NCBI GenBank assembly: GCA_031359995.1
Contig: JANMAT010000009.1
Span: forward strand, 12,547-44,546
DNA length: 32,000 nt
Reading direction: 5' to 3'
Source: Actinomycetes bacterium
GTDB lineage: Bacteria; Actinomycetota; Acidimicrobiia; Acidimicrobiales; Ilumatobacteraceae
Positions 1 through 8,516 of this stretch are shown one piece after another. The notes under the pieces are model-generated. The model worked only from the letters and a program-made list of their open reading frames with translations. It was not told the DNA's origin and did no database searches. The number at the start of each line of letters is the position of its first letter. Within the stretch, counting starts at the first letter, position 1. The translations under genes were made by a program, and so were the position numbers.

Positions 1-249
1 GAAGCGTTGGGGCTCCTCGTGCACCGCTTCAGACTGGGCACCGGGCGGCGCGGCGCACCACAGGGCCAACCGGCCGTCGCCGTGATGGTCGTCGTGGAAC
101 ATCACGAACGACGTCTTGCCCCGCACGAAGAACGTGGGGGCACCGTGGCTCAGGCGTTCCACGACCTCGGGTAGGCGCAGGCACGAGGCCCGCACGTGGG
201 CGAGCGCGTCAGTCGGCGTGTCGGCGGCAGCCTTGCGTCGAGCGGCCAT
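1..249 (-). CDS. MmcQ/YjbR-like DNA-binding protein; N-terminal 83 codons, C-terminus lies outside the window
   Basis: Hand translation from ATG (complement of 247-249): MAARRKAAADTPTDALAHVRASCLRLPEVVERLSHGAPTFFVRGKTSFVMFHDDHHGDGRLALWCAAPPG... It stays open to the window edge. The LxLPEVxE..xxGxPxFxVxGKxF pattern resembles the YjbR family. Absent from the ORF track because it is truncated. Confidence 0.5.
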   Translation of the reverse strand, partial: MAARRKAAADTPTDALAHVRASCLRLPEVVERLSHGAPTFFVRGKTSFVMFHDDHHGDGRLALWCAAPPGAQSEAVHEEPQRF

Positions 250-279
250 GGCGCCAGCCTACGGCGCGGCCCCACCGCG

Positions 280-735
280 ATGTCGGCCTCCGAACGACGG
301 TTGTGCCGATGGTGGTGCTACGTCTGGGGTGTGGACGTCGGTGAGTTGCAGCGGGCCAGGTACGTGCGGCTCACCACGTTCAGGCGCGACGGCTCGGCGG
401 TCACCTGCCCGGTGTGGCTGGCGCCCGTGGGCGACGGGTTCGCCTTCACGACCGACGCCACCAGCGGCAAGGTCAAGCGTCTCGGCAACGACCAGCGTGT
501 CGAGGTGTCGGTGTCGGACGCCCGCGGGCGTGTGGCCATGGGCACGCGCGTGTTCGTGGGCACCGCCGCCGTGCTGCTCGGCGACGACGTCGCGCCGGTG
601 CGCGCCGCCATCATGGCCAAGTACGGCATGCTCGGGCGCGTGCTCGTGCTGGGTGGTGCCGTCGCCGAGAGGCTGCGGCGGCGCCCGACCGCGACGCGTG
701 CCGCGGTCGCCCTGCGCCTCAACGCCACGCGCTGA
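280..735 (+). CDS. PPOX-class (pyridoxamine 5'-phosphate oxidase fold) probable F420-dependent enzyme, Rv2061-like
   Basis: In the frame of track ORF 196..735. The core RYVRLTTFRRDGSAVTCPVWLAPVGDGFAFTTDATSGKVKRLGNDQRVEV is typical of this small split-barrel family. The start is uncertain: ATG 280, TTG 301 or GTG 331. Confidence 0.75.
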   Translation: MSASERRLCRWWCYVWGVDVGELQRARYVRLTTFRRDGSAVTCPVWLAPVGDGFAFTTDATSGKVKRLGNDQRVEVSVSDARGRVAMGTRVFVGTAAVLLGDDVAPVRAAIMAKYGMLGRVLVLGGAVAERLRRRPTATRAAVALRLNATR

Positions 736-744
736 GGCCGCGGG

Positions 745-2454
745 TCAGCGTTCGTCGAACCCGCCGGCGCCCGAGGCCCGTGCGCCGCTCAGGCGACGGG
801 CGAGCGCGATGGCCTCGAACTCGGGCAGGGCCGGCGCGATCAGGTAGCCCTGGAGCTGCGTGCAGCCGAGCTGCTGCAGCATCTGGGCCTGTGGTTCGGT
901 CTCCACGCCCTCGGCCACAGTCGTCAGGTCCATGCCGCGGGCCATGCCGATCACGCCCTGCACCAGGGTGCTGGCCGCCCGCTGCTCGGGCAGTCCCGAC
1001 ACGAAGCGACGATCGATCTTCAGGTGTCTGGTGGGTAGTTCGAGCAGGTGCCCGAGGCTGGAGAAGCCCGTGCCGAAGTCGTCGATGGCGATGTGCACGC
1101 CGAGGGCGGTGAGGGCGTGCATGGTGGCCGCAGTCGCCACATCGAGCTCGAGGATGCTCTGCTCGGTCAGTTCCACCACCAACGACTCGGGGTCCACGTC
1201 GTGGCCGGCCAGCGAGTTGGCCACGATGCTGACCATGCGCTCGCGGCGCAGATCGGACGGTGCCATGTTCACGTGCATGGTCGTCGCCGCGCCGGGCGCC
1301 TCGCGGCGCAGCCGGGCCACGAACGACAGGGCGTGGTCGAGCACGGTGTCGGTGAGCATGCCCGACAGGCCCGTCATGGTCGCCAACGGCAGGAAGCGTT
1401 CGGGCGGGATCACGCCGTCGGGGTGCACCCAGCGGGCGAGCGCCTCCCAGCCGACGAGCCGGCGGGTCTGGGCGTCGACGATGGGCTGGAACCACGGGTG
1501 GACGTCACCGACCTCGATGGCGCGCCGCAGCTGCTCGGCCAGCTCGCGCCGCCGGGCGATGGGATCGATGGCGTGGTGCAGCGTGGGCCGTAGGCGCGAG
1601 CGGGCCTGGCGCACGCCGGCGGTCGCCTCGACGATGAGCTCGTTGGCCCGGTGCACCTCGCCGAGCTGATCGGCCACGAGCAACTCGACCTGCAGGCGGT
1701 GACCGTCGATCGAGAACTGGTCGGCCACCGTGCGCTGCAGCGGTCGACGCACCACGTCGGACCCCTCGTCGGCACCGACGAGTGAGGCCACCGCGAACTC
1801 GTCGCCCGACAGGCGGGCGAGCGTGCACGACGATCCCATCGCGGCCGACAGGCGCGCCGCGAAGGCCATGAGCAGCTGGTCGCCGACGAGCTCGCCGTAG
1901 AGCGCGTTCACCGCCGCGAGCTGCTGGATGTTGCCGACCACCACGGCCAGACGCTGGCTCGCGGTCGCTTCGGCCGGTAGCTCCTCGAGCCGGGCCAGGA
2001 AGCCGCGCCGGTTCAGCAGGCCGGTGAGCGGATCGCGATCGTTGAGGAACTCCTGGAGCTGCCCGGCCAGCACGTGGTTCTCGTGCTTGCCGCTCGCCGA
2101 GCTCACGACGGCGCGGTGGAGCACGCGGTGCAGCTTCACGGCGATGCCGACGTAGACGAGGGTGAACCAGCCGAGCATGGTGCCGACGCCGCCGCGGAGG
2201 AGCAGGGCGACCGCGCCGGTCGCTACGACACGTCGCCCGACCCGGTTGGCCAGCACCATGCGCCCGAGATCGGCGGCGGCCACGAGGATCCAGATGCGCA
2301 GCGCCGTCGTCTGCACCTGGCTCGTGAGCAGCACCGATGCGGCCAGGACGGCGACGCCGACGGGCACGATCCCCCGGTACACGCTGTCGGCCAGGTGGGC
2401 GGCCCGGCCACGGCGCACGAGCAGCTCGATCTGGTCCTCGCGCCCCTCGGTCAT
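745..2454 (-). CDS. Membrane-anchored GGDEF/EAL protein (diguanylate cyclase/phosphodiesterase), GGDEF motif reads SGDEF
   Basis: 569 aa with N-terminal hydrophobic helices. GGDEF-domain signature RLSGDEFAV. EAL-domain signatures WEALARW, ELTEQ, DDFGTGFSSL, KIDRRFV, EGVET, QGYLIAP. AGGAG lies upstream of the ATG at 2454. Confidence 0.9.
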   Translation of the reverse strand: MTEGREDQIELLVRRGRAAHLADSVYRGIVPVGVAVLAASVLLTSQVQTTALRIWILVAAADLGRMVLANRVGRRVVATGAVALLLRGGVGTMLGWFTLVYVGIAVKLHRVLHRAVVSSASGKHENHVLAGQLQEFLNDRDPLTGLLNRRGFLARLEELPAEATASQRLAVVVGNIQQLAAVNALYGELVGDQLLMAFAARLSAAMGSSCTLARLSGDEFAVASLVGADEGSDVVRRPLQRTVADQFSIDGHRLQVELLVADQLGEVHRANELIVEATAGVRQARSRLRPTLHHAIDPIARRRELAEQLRRAIEVGDVHPWFQPIVDAQTRRLVGWEALARWVHPDGVIPPERFLPLATMTGLSGMLTDTVLDHALSFVARLRREAPGAATTMHVNMAPSDLRRERMVSIVANSLAGHDVDPESLVVELTEQSILELDVATAATMHALTALGVHIAIDDFGTGFSSLGHLLELPTRHLKIDRRFVSGLPEQRAASTLVQGVIGMARGMDLTTVAEGVETEPQAQMLQQLGCTQLQGYLIAPALPEFEAIALARRLSGARASGAGGFDER

Positions 2455-2518
2455 GGATCTCCTGATCGGCAGCCGTGTCCGGTGATGAAGGCCGGCAGGT
2501 CACCACCCGACAGGCCGT

Positions 2519-4153
2519 TCAGACGAGATCAGGATCGCGGGTGTCGGCGATGCGCACGGGCCCCACCGCCGTGAAACCGGCGGCGTCGGGGAACCAGCCG
2601 TTGACGTCGACCACCAGATGGGCGACGACCGACGTGAGCAGGCACAACGAGCCGCCGGCCACCAGCGCCGAATTGGCCGTGGCCTGCCCGGGCACCGGGT
2701 TCAGGTTCGACGCCAGCGGCGCCGGGGCCGAGCACGGGTAGGCGGTGACGTAACCGCTGGTGGCCGGCTGGTCGGCGGTGATGGTGACCGAGGCGGTGGC
2801 GGCACCGGCCGGCAGGGCCACCGTGGCCACCGCGCCGGCGGCCAGCGGGCGGGCCCCGCTGAGGCGGGTGTCGAGCAGGCGGGTCGGGGTGACGGGGCGG
2901 TAGCCGGCGCCGGTCAGCGCACCCTGCTGGTCGACCACCAGGTGGGTGCCCATCGACGTGGTGATGCACGTGGTGCCGTCGGCGGCCAGCGGGGCGATGA
3001 CGAGGCCGGCCCGGGTCTCGCCCCGGGCCACGTTCAGGTTCGACGCCAGCGGCGGCGGGGCCCCGCACGGGTACACGGTGGCGTAGCCGGCGGCGTCGGG
3101 CTCGGTCATGGTCACGTTCACCACCGCGGCCGTGGCACCGGCCGGCGCGTTCACCCGCACGGTGGTCACGGCGCCGGCGCCGACCTTGGCCGCGGTGGCA
3201 CCGGCGCGGGTGTCGAGCAGACGCGTCGGCGCCGCGGTGGTCAGACCGGCCGCGGGGAGCACGGCACCGGTCAGGTCGACGACCACGTGCATGGTGGTGG
3301 ACGCGTAGGCGCACACGGTGCGGTCGGCACCCAGCGCCACGATGGCCAGGTTGGCCACCGTCTGACCGGGGGCCACGTTCAGGTTCGACGCCAACGGCGG
3401 GGTGGAACCGCAGGCGTGCAGCGTCAGGTAGCCGGCGGCGCGGGCGCCGGTGACGGTCACGTTCACCGAGGCGGCCACGGCGTCGTCGGGCAGGCCGGTG
3501 AGGGCGACGCGCCGGTCGGTGCCGGCCTCGACGCGGCCATGGCCGTAGACCTCGTCGTGGATGAGCGCGGCCATCAGCTTGGCGCCGGCCGGGTTCAGGT
3601 GGATGCCGTCCCACGTGAGCCCGGCGCCCGCACCCGTGGTGGCCCAGTCGATGAGGGCGAGCTGGGGCCAGCGGGCCAGCGCGGCGGTGAGCTTGGTGTT
3701 GGCCTCGGGGTAGTGGCGGTAGATGCCGCTCTGCTCCCACACGGACCGGATCGGATCGGCGCCGGGCACCAGGTTGCGCAGCGTGATCCAGTAGACCCGC
3801 TTCGCTCCGGCGTCGGTGAGCCGCGTGAGCATCTGGTCGATCCAGGTGTCGAACAGCGCCGGGTTCCAGATCGGGTAGTTGTAGCCCACGGCCACGACGG
3901 CCGTGTCGCCGACCGCGGCCCGGTCGGCCCACGCCAACTCGGCGGCGTCGTTGGCGAACAGGCCCTGGCGGCCGGCGATGGTGACGTCCCACCCGGCGAA
4001 GGCACGGTGGATGTCGGGTGCGGCACCGAGCATCACCGAGTCGGACAGCACGTAGAGCCTGTGGACGGTGGCCGCCGTCACCGGACGGCCGGCGCCGACC
4101 ACGAGGGCGGCGACCGACGCCAGGGTCACGGCGAGGGCGAGGAGGCGACGCAT
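2519..4153 (-). CDS. Secreted SGNH/GDSL-type hydrolase fused to three tandem ~110-aa Cys-containing repeats
   Basis: Signal-peptide-like N-terminus MRRLLALAVTLASVAALVVGAGRPVTAA. SGNH block I YVLSDSVMLG and block V WDGIHLNPAG. Then 3x [VNVT.T...GY.T.YPCG..PPLASNLN....G.T.A......L...G..C...S...HLVVD..G.........R(L/I)(L/A)DTR]. Confidence 0.85.
   Translation of the reverse strand: MRRLLALAVTLASVAALVVGAGRPVTAATVHRLYVLSDSVMLGAAPDIHRAFAGWDVTIAGRQGLFANDAAELAWADRAAVGDTAVVAVGYNYPIWNPALFDTWIDQMLTRLTDAGAKRVYWITLRNLVPGADPIRSVWEQSGIYRHYPEANTKLTAALARWPQLALIDWATTGAGAGLTWDGIHLNPAGAKLMAALIHDEVYGHGRVEAGTDRRVALTGLPDDAVAASVNVTVTGARAAGYLTLHACGSTPPLASNLNVAPGQTVANLAIVALGADRTVCAYASTTMHVVVDLTGAVLPAAGLTTAAPTRLLDTRAGATAAKVGAGAVTTVRVNAPAGATAAVVNVTMTEPDAAGYATVYPCGAPPPLASNLNVARGETRAGLVIAPLAADGTTCITTSMGTHLVVDQQGALTGAGYRPVTPTRLLDTRLSGARPLAAGAVATVALPAGAATASVTITADQPATSGYVTAYPCSAPAPLASNLNPVPGQATANSALVAGGSLCLLTSVVAHLVVDVNGWFPDAAGFTAVGPVRIADTRDPDLV
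2537..3538 (-). repeat. Three tandem intragenic repeats (period about 333-345 nt) inside the SGNH gene
   Basis: The DNA-level core gttcaggttcgacgcca recurs at 2699-2715, 3032-3048 and 3377-3393. The protein units are roughly aa 206-316, 317-430 and 431-539. Each has two Cys and ends in xxDTR. Confidence 0.85.
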
Positions 4154-4163
4154 CCCTGCGACG

Positions 4164-6563
4164 CTATGCGGCGCGCTCGCGCCGGCGCCGTCGGGCGGTG
4201 ACGAAACGACGCATCACGACCCGGGTGACGAAGGTGACGGCGAAGGCGGCGCCGGCGCCGAAGCCGATCGATTCGGCGAAGGCGTCGAGGGGCAGCGACA
4301 GCGAGAAGAAGTCGCGCGGGCCGGGCACGACCAGGGCCAGGGCGAACAGCCCGGCCATGGCCGCCACGAGCGCCAGCTTCCACCCGCGCACGGGCTGGGC
4401 GAGCAGCACCACCACCCACAACCCCGACACCATCAGGGCCACGCACGCCGCCGTGCGGGCCTGATCGCCGGGCGAGCCGAGGCCGCGGGCCACCGCGTAG
4501 GCCAGGAACACGCCCACGCCGAGCAGCACGCCGGCGGGGATCGAGAAGCCCAGCACGCGGCGCAGGAACCCGGGCCGGTAGCGCTGGTTGTTGGGGGCGA
4601 GGGCCAGGAAGAACGACGGGATGCCGATGGTGAGGCCCGAGATGATGGTGAGGTGCCGCGGCAGGAACGGGAACGGCACCGAGAACACGGTGGAGGCCAA
4701 CGACAGGATCGCCGAGTACACGTTCTTCACCACGAACAGGTTGGCCACGCGCTCGACGTTGGCGATCACCCGCCGGCCCTCGCCCACCACCCTGGGCATG
4801 TTGGCGAACTTCCCGTCGAGCAGCACCAGCTGGGCCACGGCGCGCGTCGCCGCCGCCCCCGAGCCCATGGCGATGCCGATGTCGGCGTCCTTGAGGGCGA
4901 GCGCGTCGTTCACGCCGTCGCCGGTCATGGCCACCACGTGGCCCCGCTTCTGCAGGGCGCCGACCATCGCGCGCTTCTGCTGGGGGGTGACGCGGCCGAA
5001 CACGGTCGCCTTCTCCAGGGCGGCGCCGAGCTCGTCGGGGTCGTCGGGCAGCTCGCGCCCGTCCACCGCCTGCTCGGCGTTCTCCAGGCCCACCCGGCGG
5101 GCGACCTCGGCGACGGTGCGGGGGTTGTCGCCCGAGATCACCTTCAGGGTCACACCCTGCTCGCGGAAGTACTTCAGCGTCTCGGCGGCGTCGGCCCTTA
5201 TGCGTTCGTCGAAGCGCACGAGTGCCATCGGCGTCACCTCGGGCAACGGTTGGTCCTCGGTGACCGCGCCGTCGCAGCGGGCCAGCACCAGCACGCGCTG
5301 GCCGGTGGAGGCGATCTCGTCGGCGCGGGTGCGCGTGGGCGAACCGGCCGCGTTCCCGGTGAGCACCATCTCGGGCGCGCCCAGCACCCACGTGCCGCGG
5401 TCCTGCACCGTGATGGCGCTCCACTTGCGGGCCGACGAGAACGGCACCGCGCGGGTGCGGTCCCAGCCGTCGACCCGGCCGTACTTCGCCCGTAGCGCCA
5501 CCATGGTGGCGTTGGGCGACGGCTCGGTGGCCAACAGCCCCAACGCGGCGTCGATGTCGGCGGCGCGGTCGTGGGCGGCGTCGACCACGTCGCACCCGGC
5601 CAGGTCGATCTCGCCCTCGGTCAGCGTGCCCGTCTTGTCGAGGCACACCACGTCGACCCGGGCCAGCACCTCGACCGCCGGCAGCTCCTGCACGAGCACC
5701 TTGCGGCGGGCCAGCGTGACCGCCGTGAGCCCGAAGGCCACGCTGGTGAGCAGCACCAGGCCCTCGGGCACCATGCCCACGAGCCCGGCGGTGGCGCCGG
5801 TGACGGCGTCGCGCCACGACGAGTTGGCCCGCAGCTCGCTCCAGAACAGCAGGGGCCCGATGATCACCAGGCCCCACGTGACGTAGCGCAGCAGGCGGTC
5901 GATGCCGGCCATCAGCTCCGAGCGGGTCATGGTGAAGCGGCGGGCGTCGGCGGCGATGCGACGGGCGTAGGCGTCGGCGCCGATGCGGGTGGCCTGGAAC
6001 CGACCGGAGCCGGCCACCACGATGGAGCCCGATAGGACCTCGTCGCCCACCTGCTTGTGCACGGGGTCGGACTCGCCGGTCAGGAGCGATTCGTCGATCT
6101 CCAGACCCTCGGTGACGGTGATGGTGCCGTCGGCCGGCACCTGGTCGCCGGTGATGAGCCCGAGGAGCTCGTCGAGCACGACGTCGCCGACCTCGATGTC
6201 GTGCTCGGTGCCGTCGCGCACCACGCTGGCCTTGGGCGCGTTGAGCACGGCGAGGCGGTCGAGGGTGCGCTTGGCCCGGACCTCCTGCACGATGCCGATG
6301 AGGGCGTTCACGAGCACGAGCCCACCGAACAGTCCGTCCTGCCACTTCCCCGCCACCAGCACGAGCACGAACAGCACGCCGAGGATGGCGTTGAACCGGG
6401 TGAACAGGTTCGTGCGGATGATGAGCGACAGCGGCCGGCTGGTGTCGTCCTCGACCCGGTTCACCTGGCCGCGCCGCACGCGCTCGGCCACCTCGGCCGA
6501 GCTCAGGCCCGAGGCCGACGTGGTGATGGGGGAGGCCGTGGGGACGGGGGAGGGCTCGGCCAT
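4164..6563 (-). CDS. Cation-translocating P-type ATPase, P2-type (mycobacterial CtpE-like size and architecture)
   Basis: 799 aa. Motifs: TGESDPV (actuator), MVPEGLVLL (PEGL, TM4), CLDKTGTLTEG (phosphorylation site), MTGDGVNDALALKDADIGIAMGSG (hinge). No CPC/CPx heavy-metal motif seen. Ten nt separate it from the downstream SGNH gene. Confidence 0.9.
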   Translation of the reverse strand: MAEPSPVPTASPITTSASGLSSAEVAERVRRGQVNRVEDDTSRPLSLIIRTNLFTRFNAILGVLFVLVLVAGKWQDGLFGGLVLVNALIGIVQEVRAKRTLDRLAVLNAPKASVVRDGTEHDIEVGDVVLDELLGLITGDQVPADGTITVTEGLEIDESLLTGESDPVHKQVGDEVLSGSIVVAGSGRFQATRIGADAYARRIAADARRFTMTRSELMAGIDRLLRYVTWGLVIIGPLLFWSELRANSSWRDAVTGATAGLVGMVPEGLVLLTSVAFGLTAVTLARRKVLVQELPAVEVLARVDVVCLDKTGTLTEGEIDLAGCDVVDAAHDRAADIDAALGLLATEPSPNATMVALRAKYGRVDGWDRTRAVPFSSARKWSAITVQDRGTWVLGAPEMVLTGNAAGSPTRTRADEIASTGQRVLVLARCDGAVTEDQPLPEVTPMALVRFDERIRADAAETLKYFREQGVTLKVISGDNPRTVAEVARRVGLENAEQAVDGRELPDDPDELGAALEKATVFGRVTPQQKRAMVGALQKRGHVVAMTGDGVNDALALKDADIGIAMGSGAAATRAVAQLVLLDGKFANMPRVVGEGRRVIANVERVANLFVVKNVYSAILSLASTVFSVPFPFLPRHLTIISGLTIGIPSFFLALAPNNQRYRPGFLRRVLGFSIPAGVLLGVGVFLAYAVARGLGSPGDQARTAACVALMVSGLWVVVLLAQPVRGWKLALVAAMAGLFALALVVPGPRDFFSLSLPLDAFAESIGFGAGAAFAVTFVTRVVMRRFVTARRRRRERAA

Positions 6564-6622
6564 GCCCCGGGCACGCTACCGGCCGTCGGTGCGCTCCGCG
6601 GGGCCGCCGTGGCCGACAGCTG

Positions 6623-7240
6623 TCACGCCGCCGTGGCGGTGGCCGCCACGACCGGCTGCCGTTCGCGTCGCTCGATGACGGCGTCGACGAGCCCGTAGCC
6701 GATGGCCTGCTCACCCCGCAGGATGTAGTCGCGGTCGATGTCGGCGGTGATGCGCGCCTCGGTCTGACCGGTGCGGGCGACGAGGATGTCGACCATGCGC
6801 CGGCGCATCTCGACCATCTCGGCCACGGCCAGCTCCATGTCGGTCGACTGGCCCTGCATGCCGCCGTGGGGTTGGTGGATGAGCACCCGGGCGTTGGGCA
6901 GGGTGGAGCGCTTGCCCGGGGCGCCGGCGGCCAGCAGCACGGCGGCGGCTGACGCGGCCTGGCCCACGCACAGGGTCGACACGTCGGGGGCGATGCACTG
7001 CATGGTGTCGTGGATGGCGAACAGCCCGGTCATGTCGCCGCCGGGCGAGTTGATGTAGAGCGAGATGTCCTTGTCGGGTGCTTCCGACTCCAGGTGGAGC
7101 AGCTGGGCCACGATCAGGTTGGCCACGTGGTCGTCGATGGCGGTGCCGAGGAAGACGATGCGGTTGGCCAGCAGGCGGCTGTAGATGTCGAAGGCCCGCT
7201 CGCCCCGGTTGGTGGTCTCGATCACGGTGGGGATCAGCAC
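6623..7240 (-). CDS. clpP: ATP-dependent Clp protease proteolytic subunit ClpP (stand-alone copy)
   Basis: [30 protein letters not shown]..., catalytic context [11 protein letters not shown] (Ser), LIHQPHGG (His), DIDRD (Asp). I place the start at GTG 7240, which is preceded by GAGGAG (complement of 7247-7252) with 6-nt spacing. The 44-codon N-terminal extension in the track ORF looks non-coding. Confidence 0.9.
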   Translation of the reverse strand: MLIPTVIETTNRGERAFDIYSRLLANRIVFLGTAIDDHVANLIVAQLLHLESEAPDKDISLYINSPGGDMTGLFAIHDTMQCIAPDVSTLCVGQAASAAAVLLAAGAPGKRSTLPNARVLIHQPHGGMQGQSTDMELAVAEMVEMRRRMVDILVARTGQTEARITADIDRDYILRGEQAIGYGLVDAVIERRERQPVVAATATAA

Positions 7241-7256
7241 GGTCCGCTCCTCTGAG

Positions 7257-7276
7257 GTGCAACTGGTTGGTTGCAC
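7257..7276. promoter_or_regulatory. Inverted repeat gTGCAAC-N6-GTTGCAc, operator-like or 5'-UTR hairpin next to clpP
   Basis: 7257-7263 gtgcaac and 7270-7276 gttgcac are perfect complements. It lies 5 nt from the clpP Shine-Dalgarno. Confidence 0.5.
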
Positions 7277-7304
7277 ACCGAGGGTAGGGCCGACGATGCT
7301 AACC

Positions 7305-7322
7305 TGCAACCCGAAGGTTGCG
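7305..7322. promoter_or_regulatory. Second inverted repeat tGCAACC-N4-GGTTGCg with the same GCAAC-N6-GTTGC core, next to the SRPBCC-arsR operon
   Basis: 7306-7311 gcaacc and 7316-7321 ggttgc are perfect complements. It ends 5 nt upstream of the GGGAGG SD (7328-7333) of the SRPBCC gene. Its centre is 47 bp from the first repeat. Confidence 0.5.
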
Positions 7323-7340
7323 AATCTCGGGAGGCTCCCC

Positions 7341-7742
7341 ATGGACGACGCGCAGGTCACCCGCACCACCACCGTGCCGGCACCGATCGACGACGTGTGG
7401 GACGCGGTATCCGACGCCCGTCAGCTCGAAGCGTGGTTGGCGCCCCAGGTGGATCTCACGGTCGAGCCGGGTGCCACCGGCCGCATGGTCGACGACGACG
7501 GCGTGGTCCGCGACGTCGTGGTCGACGATGTGCAGCCCGGCCGCCGGCTCGCGTTGCGGTGGTGGCCGAGTGATCGCCCCGACGCCGTCAGCCGCGTCGA
7601 GATCGAGCTCGTGCCGGCGGTGAGCCACACCGTCGTCACCGTCACCGAGACGCGGCTCGTGCCCGTGGGTCGGGCAATCGCGGGCTGGACCGGGCGCGTG
7701 CTGGCGCTGGCCTTCGTCGCCACCGCCCACGTGCGCGTGTGA
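7341..7742 (+). CDS. SRPBCC / Aha1-like (START-fold) domain protein
   Basis: Starts [35 protein letters not shown]..., later [10 protein letters not shown]...VEIELVP...TVVTVTE. GGGAGG SD lies 7 nt upstream of ATG 7341. Typical partner of ArsR-type regulators. Confidence 0.8.
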   Translation: MDDAQVTRTTTVPAPIDDVWDAVSDARQLEAWLAPQVDLTVEPGATGRMVDDDGVVRDVVVDDVQPGRRLALRWWPSDRPDAVSRVEIELVPAVSHTVVTVTETRLVPVGRAIAGWTGRVLALAFVATAHVRV

Positions 7743-8065
7743 GCAACCTGGACCACGTCTTCGCCGCCCTCGCCGACCCCACGCGGCGCACGGTCGTGCG
7801 ACGCCTGGTGGCCGACGGGCCCACGTCGGCCACGGTGCTGGCGCGTGACCTGCCGGTCACTCGCCAGGCGGTGGTGAAGCACCTGCAGGCCCTGGCCGAC
7901 GCTGGCCTGGTGTCGTCGGCGCGCGACGGTCGTGAGGTTCGCTACGCGGCACAGACCGCGCCGCTCGCCGACGCGGTGGCGTGGATCGCCGCCACCGGCG
8001 TGCAGTGGGACACGCGCCTCGACCGGTTGGCCAAGCACGTGTCCCGGGTCAAACCCGACCGATAG
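7739..8065 (+). CDS. ArsR/SmtB-family winged-helix transcriptional regulator
   Basis: LDHVFAALADPTRRTVVRRLVADGPTSATVLARDLPVTRQAVVKHLQALADAGLV. The GTG start overlaps the upstream stop (GTGA at 7739-7742). Confidence 0.85.
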   Translation: MSNLDHVFAALADPTRRTVVRRLVADGPTSATVLARDLPVTRQAVVKHLQALADAGLVSSARDGREVRYAAQTAPLADAVAWIAATGVQWDTRLDRLAKHVSRVKPDR

Positions 8066-8111
8066 CGTTTCGAACGTTGCCTCGCGCTGGCCCCGGCTAC
8101 CACGGGAAGGT

Positions 8112-8516
8112 TCACGAGGCCAGGCGTTGGTCGATGTCTACGAGCGTCGCCAGCCATGCGGCGTGGGAGGCGTCGTCGTCCGACCACAGCTCGGCCAGCT
8201 CGGAGTCCTCGCCGCGCACGCGCTGGAAGGCCTGCGTGGCCTTCGCGACCAAGGGCGTCGTCGGCCGCTCGGCGGTGGATGCGACCCACGCGCCGACTGC
8301 CTCGCAGTCGGACGACGTCTCGCCCCGACCGGAGATCCGCCGGGCCACCACGTCGGCGGCGGCCACTGCGCACGCGCCCTCGGGTGCTTCGACGTAGTCG
8401 GCTTCCAAGGCGGCATCGAGGGCGGCCTCCACGGCGCCCAGCCCGCCCTCGGTGACCTCGTGGCCCCAGTCGGCCGCGTCGTCGTTCTCGTAGATGCCGG
8501 TATCCCACGCACCCAT
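8112..8516 (-). CDS. DUF4259-family protein
   Basis: MGAWDTGIYENDDAADWGHEV... matches the characteristic MGxWGxGxFDNDxAxD N-terminus of DUF4259, and the protein is about 134 aa. I start it at ATG 8516 rather than at the track ORF start 8693. Confidence 0.7.
   Translation of the reverse strand: MGAWDTGIYENDDAADWGHEVTEGGLGAVEAALDAALEADYVEAPEGACAVAAADVVARRISGRGETSSDCEAVGAWVASTAERPTTPLVAKATQAFQRVRGEDSELAELWSDDDASHAAWLATLVDIDQRLAS

Noticed and set aside
4126-6714. An 862-aa ORF in an alternative frame on the same strand as the P-type ATPase, longer than the real gene. Similar giant shadow ORFs occur at 10083-12440 (+), 16560-18710 (-), 30139-31989 (-) and 4068-5495 (+).
   Set aside because: This is an artefact of extreme G/C at third codon positions. 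A frame that begins on the real gene's third position almost never has T at its own codon position 1, so stop codons cannot occur. The translations are Arg/Pro/Gly/Ala junk without motifs, whereas the annotated frames carry clear family signatures.
6623-7372. Long N-terminal extensions in track ORFs for clpP (249 aa), BVMO (10122-12227), permease (12900-14918), NfeD (15983-16618), MurT (21554-23161), ACAD (28911-30617), DUF4259 (8112-8693) and YpfJ (26237-27286).
   Set aside because: In each case an internal ATG or GTG with a Shine-Dalgarno sequence coincides with the start of family-typical sequence. The upstream extension is Arg/Pro-rich and overlaps neighbouring genes or promoters. I shortened the calls accordingly.
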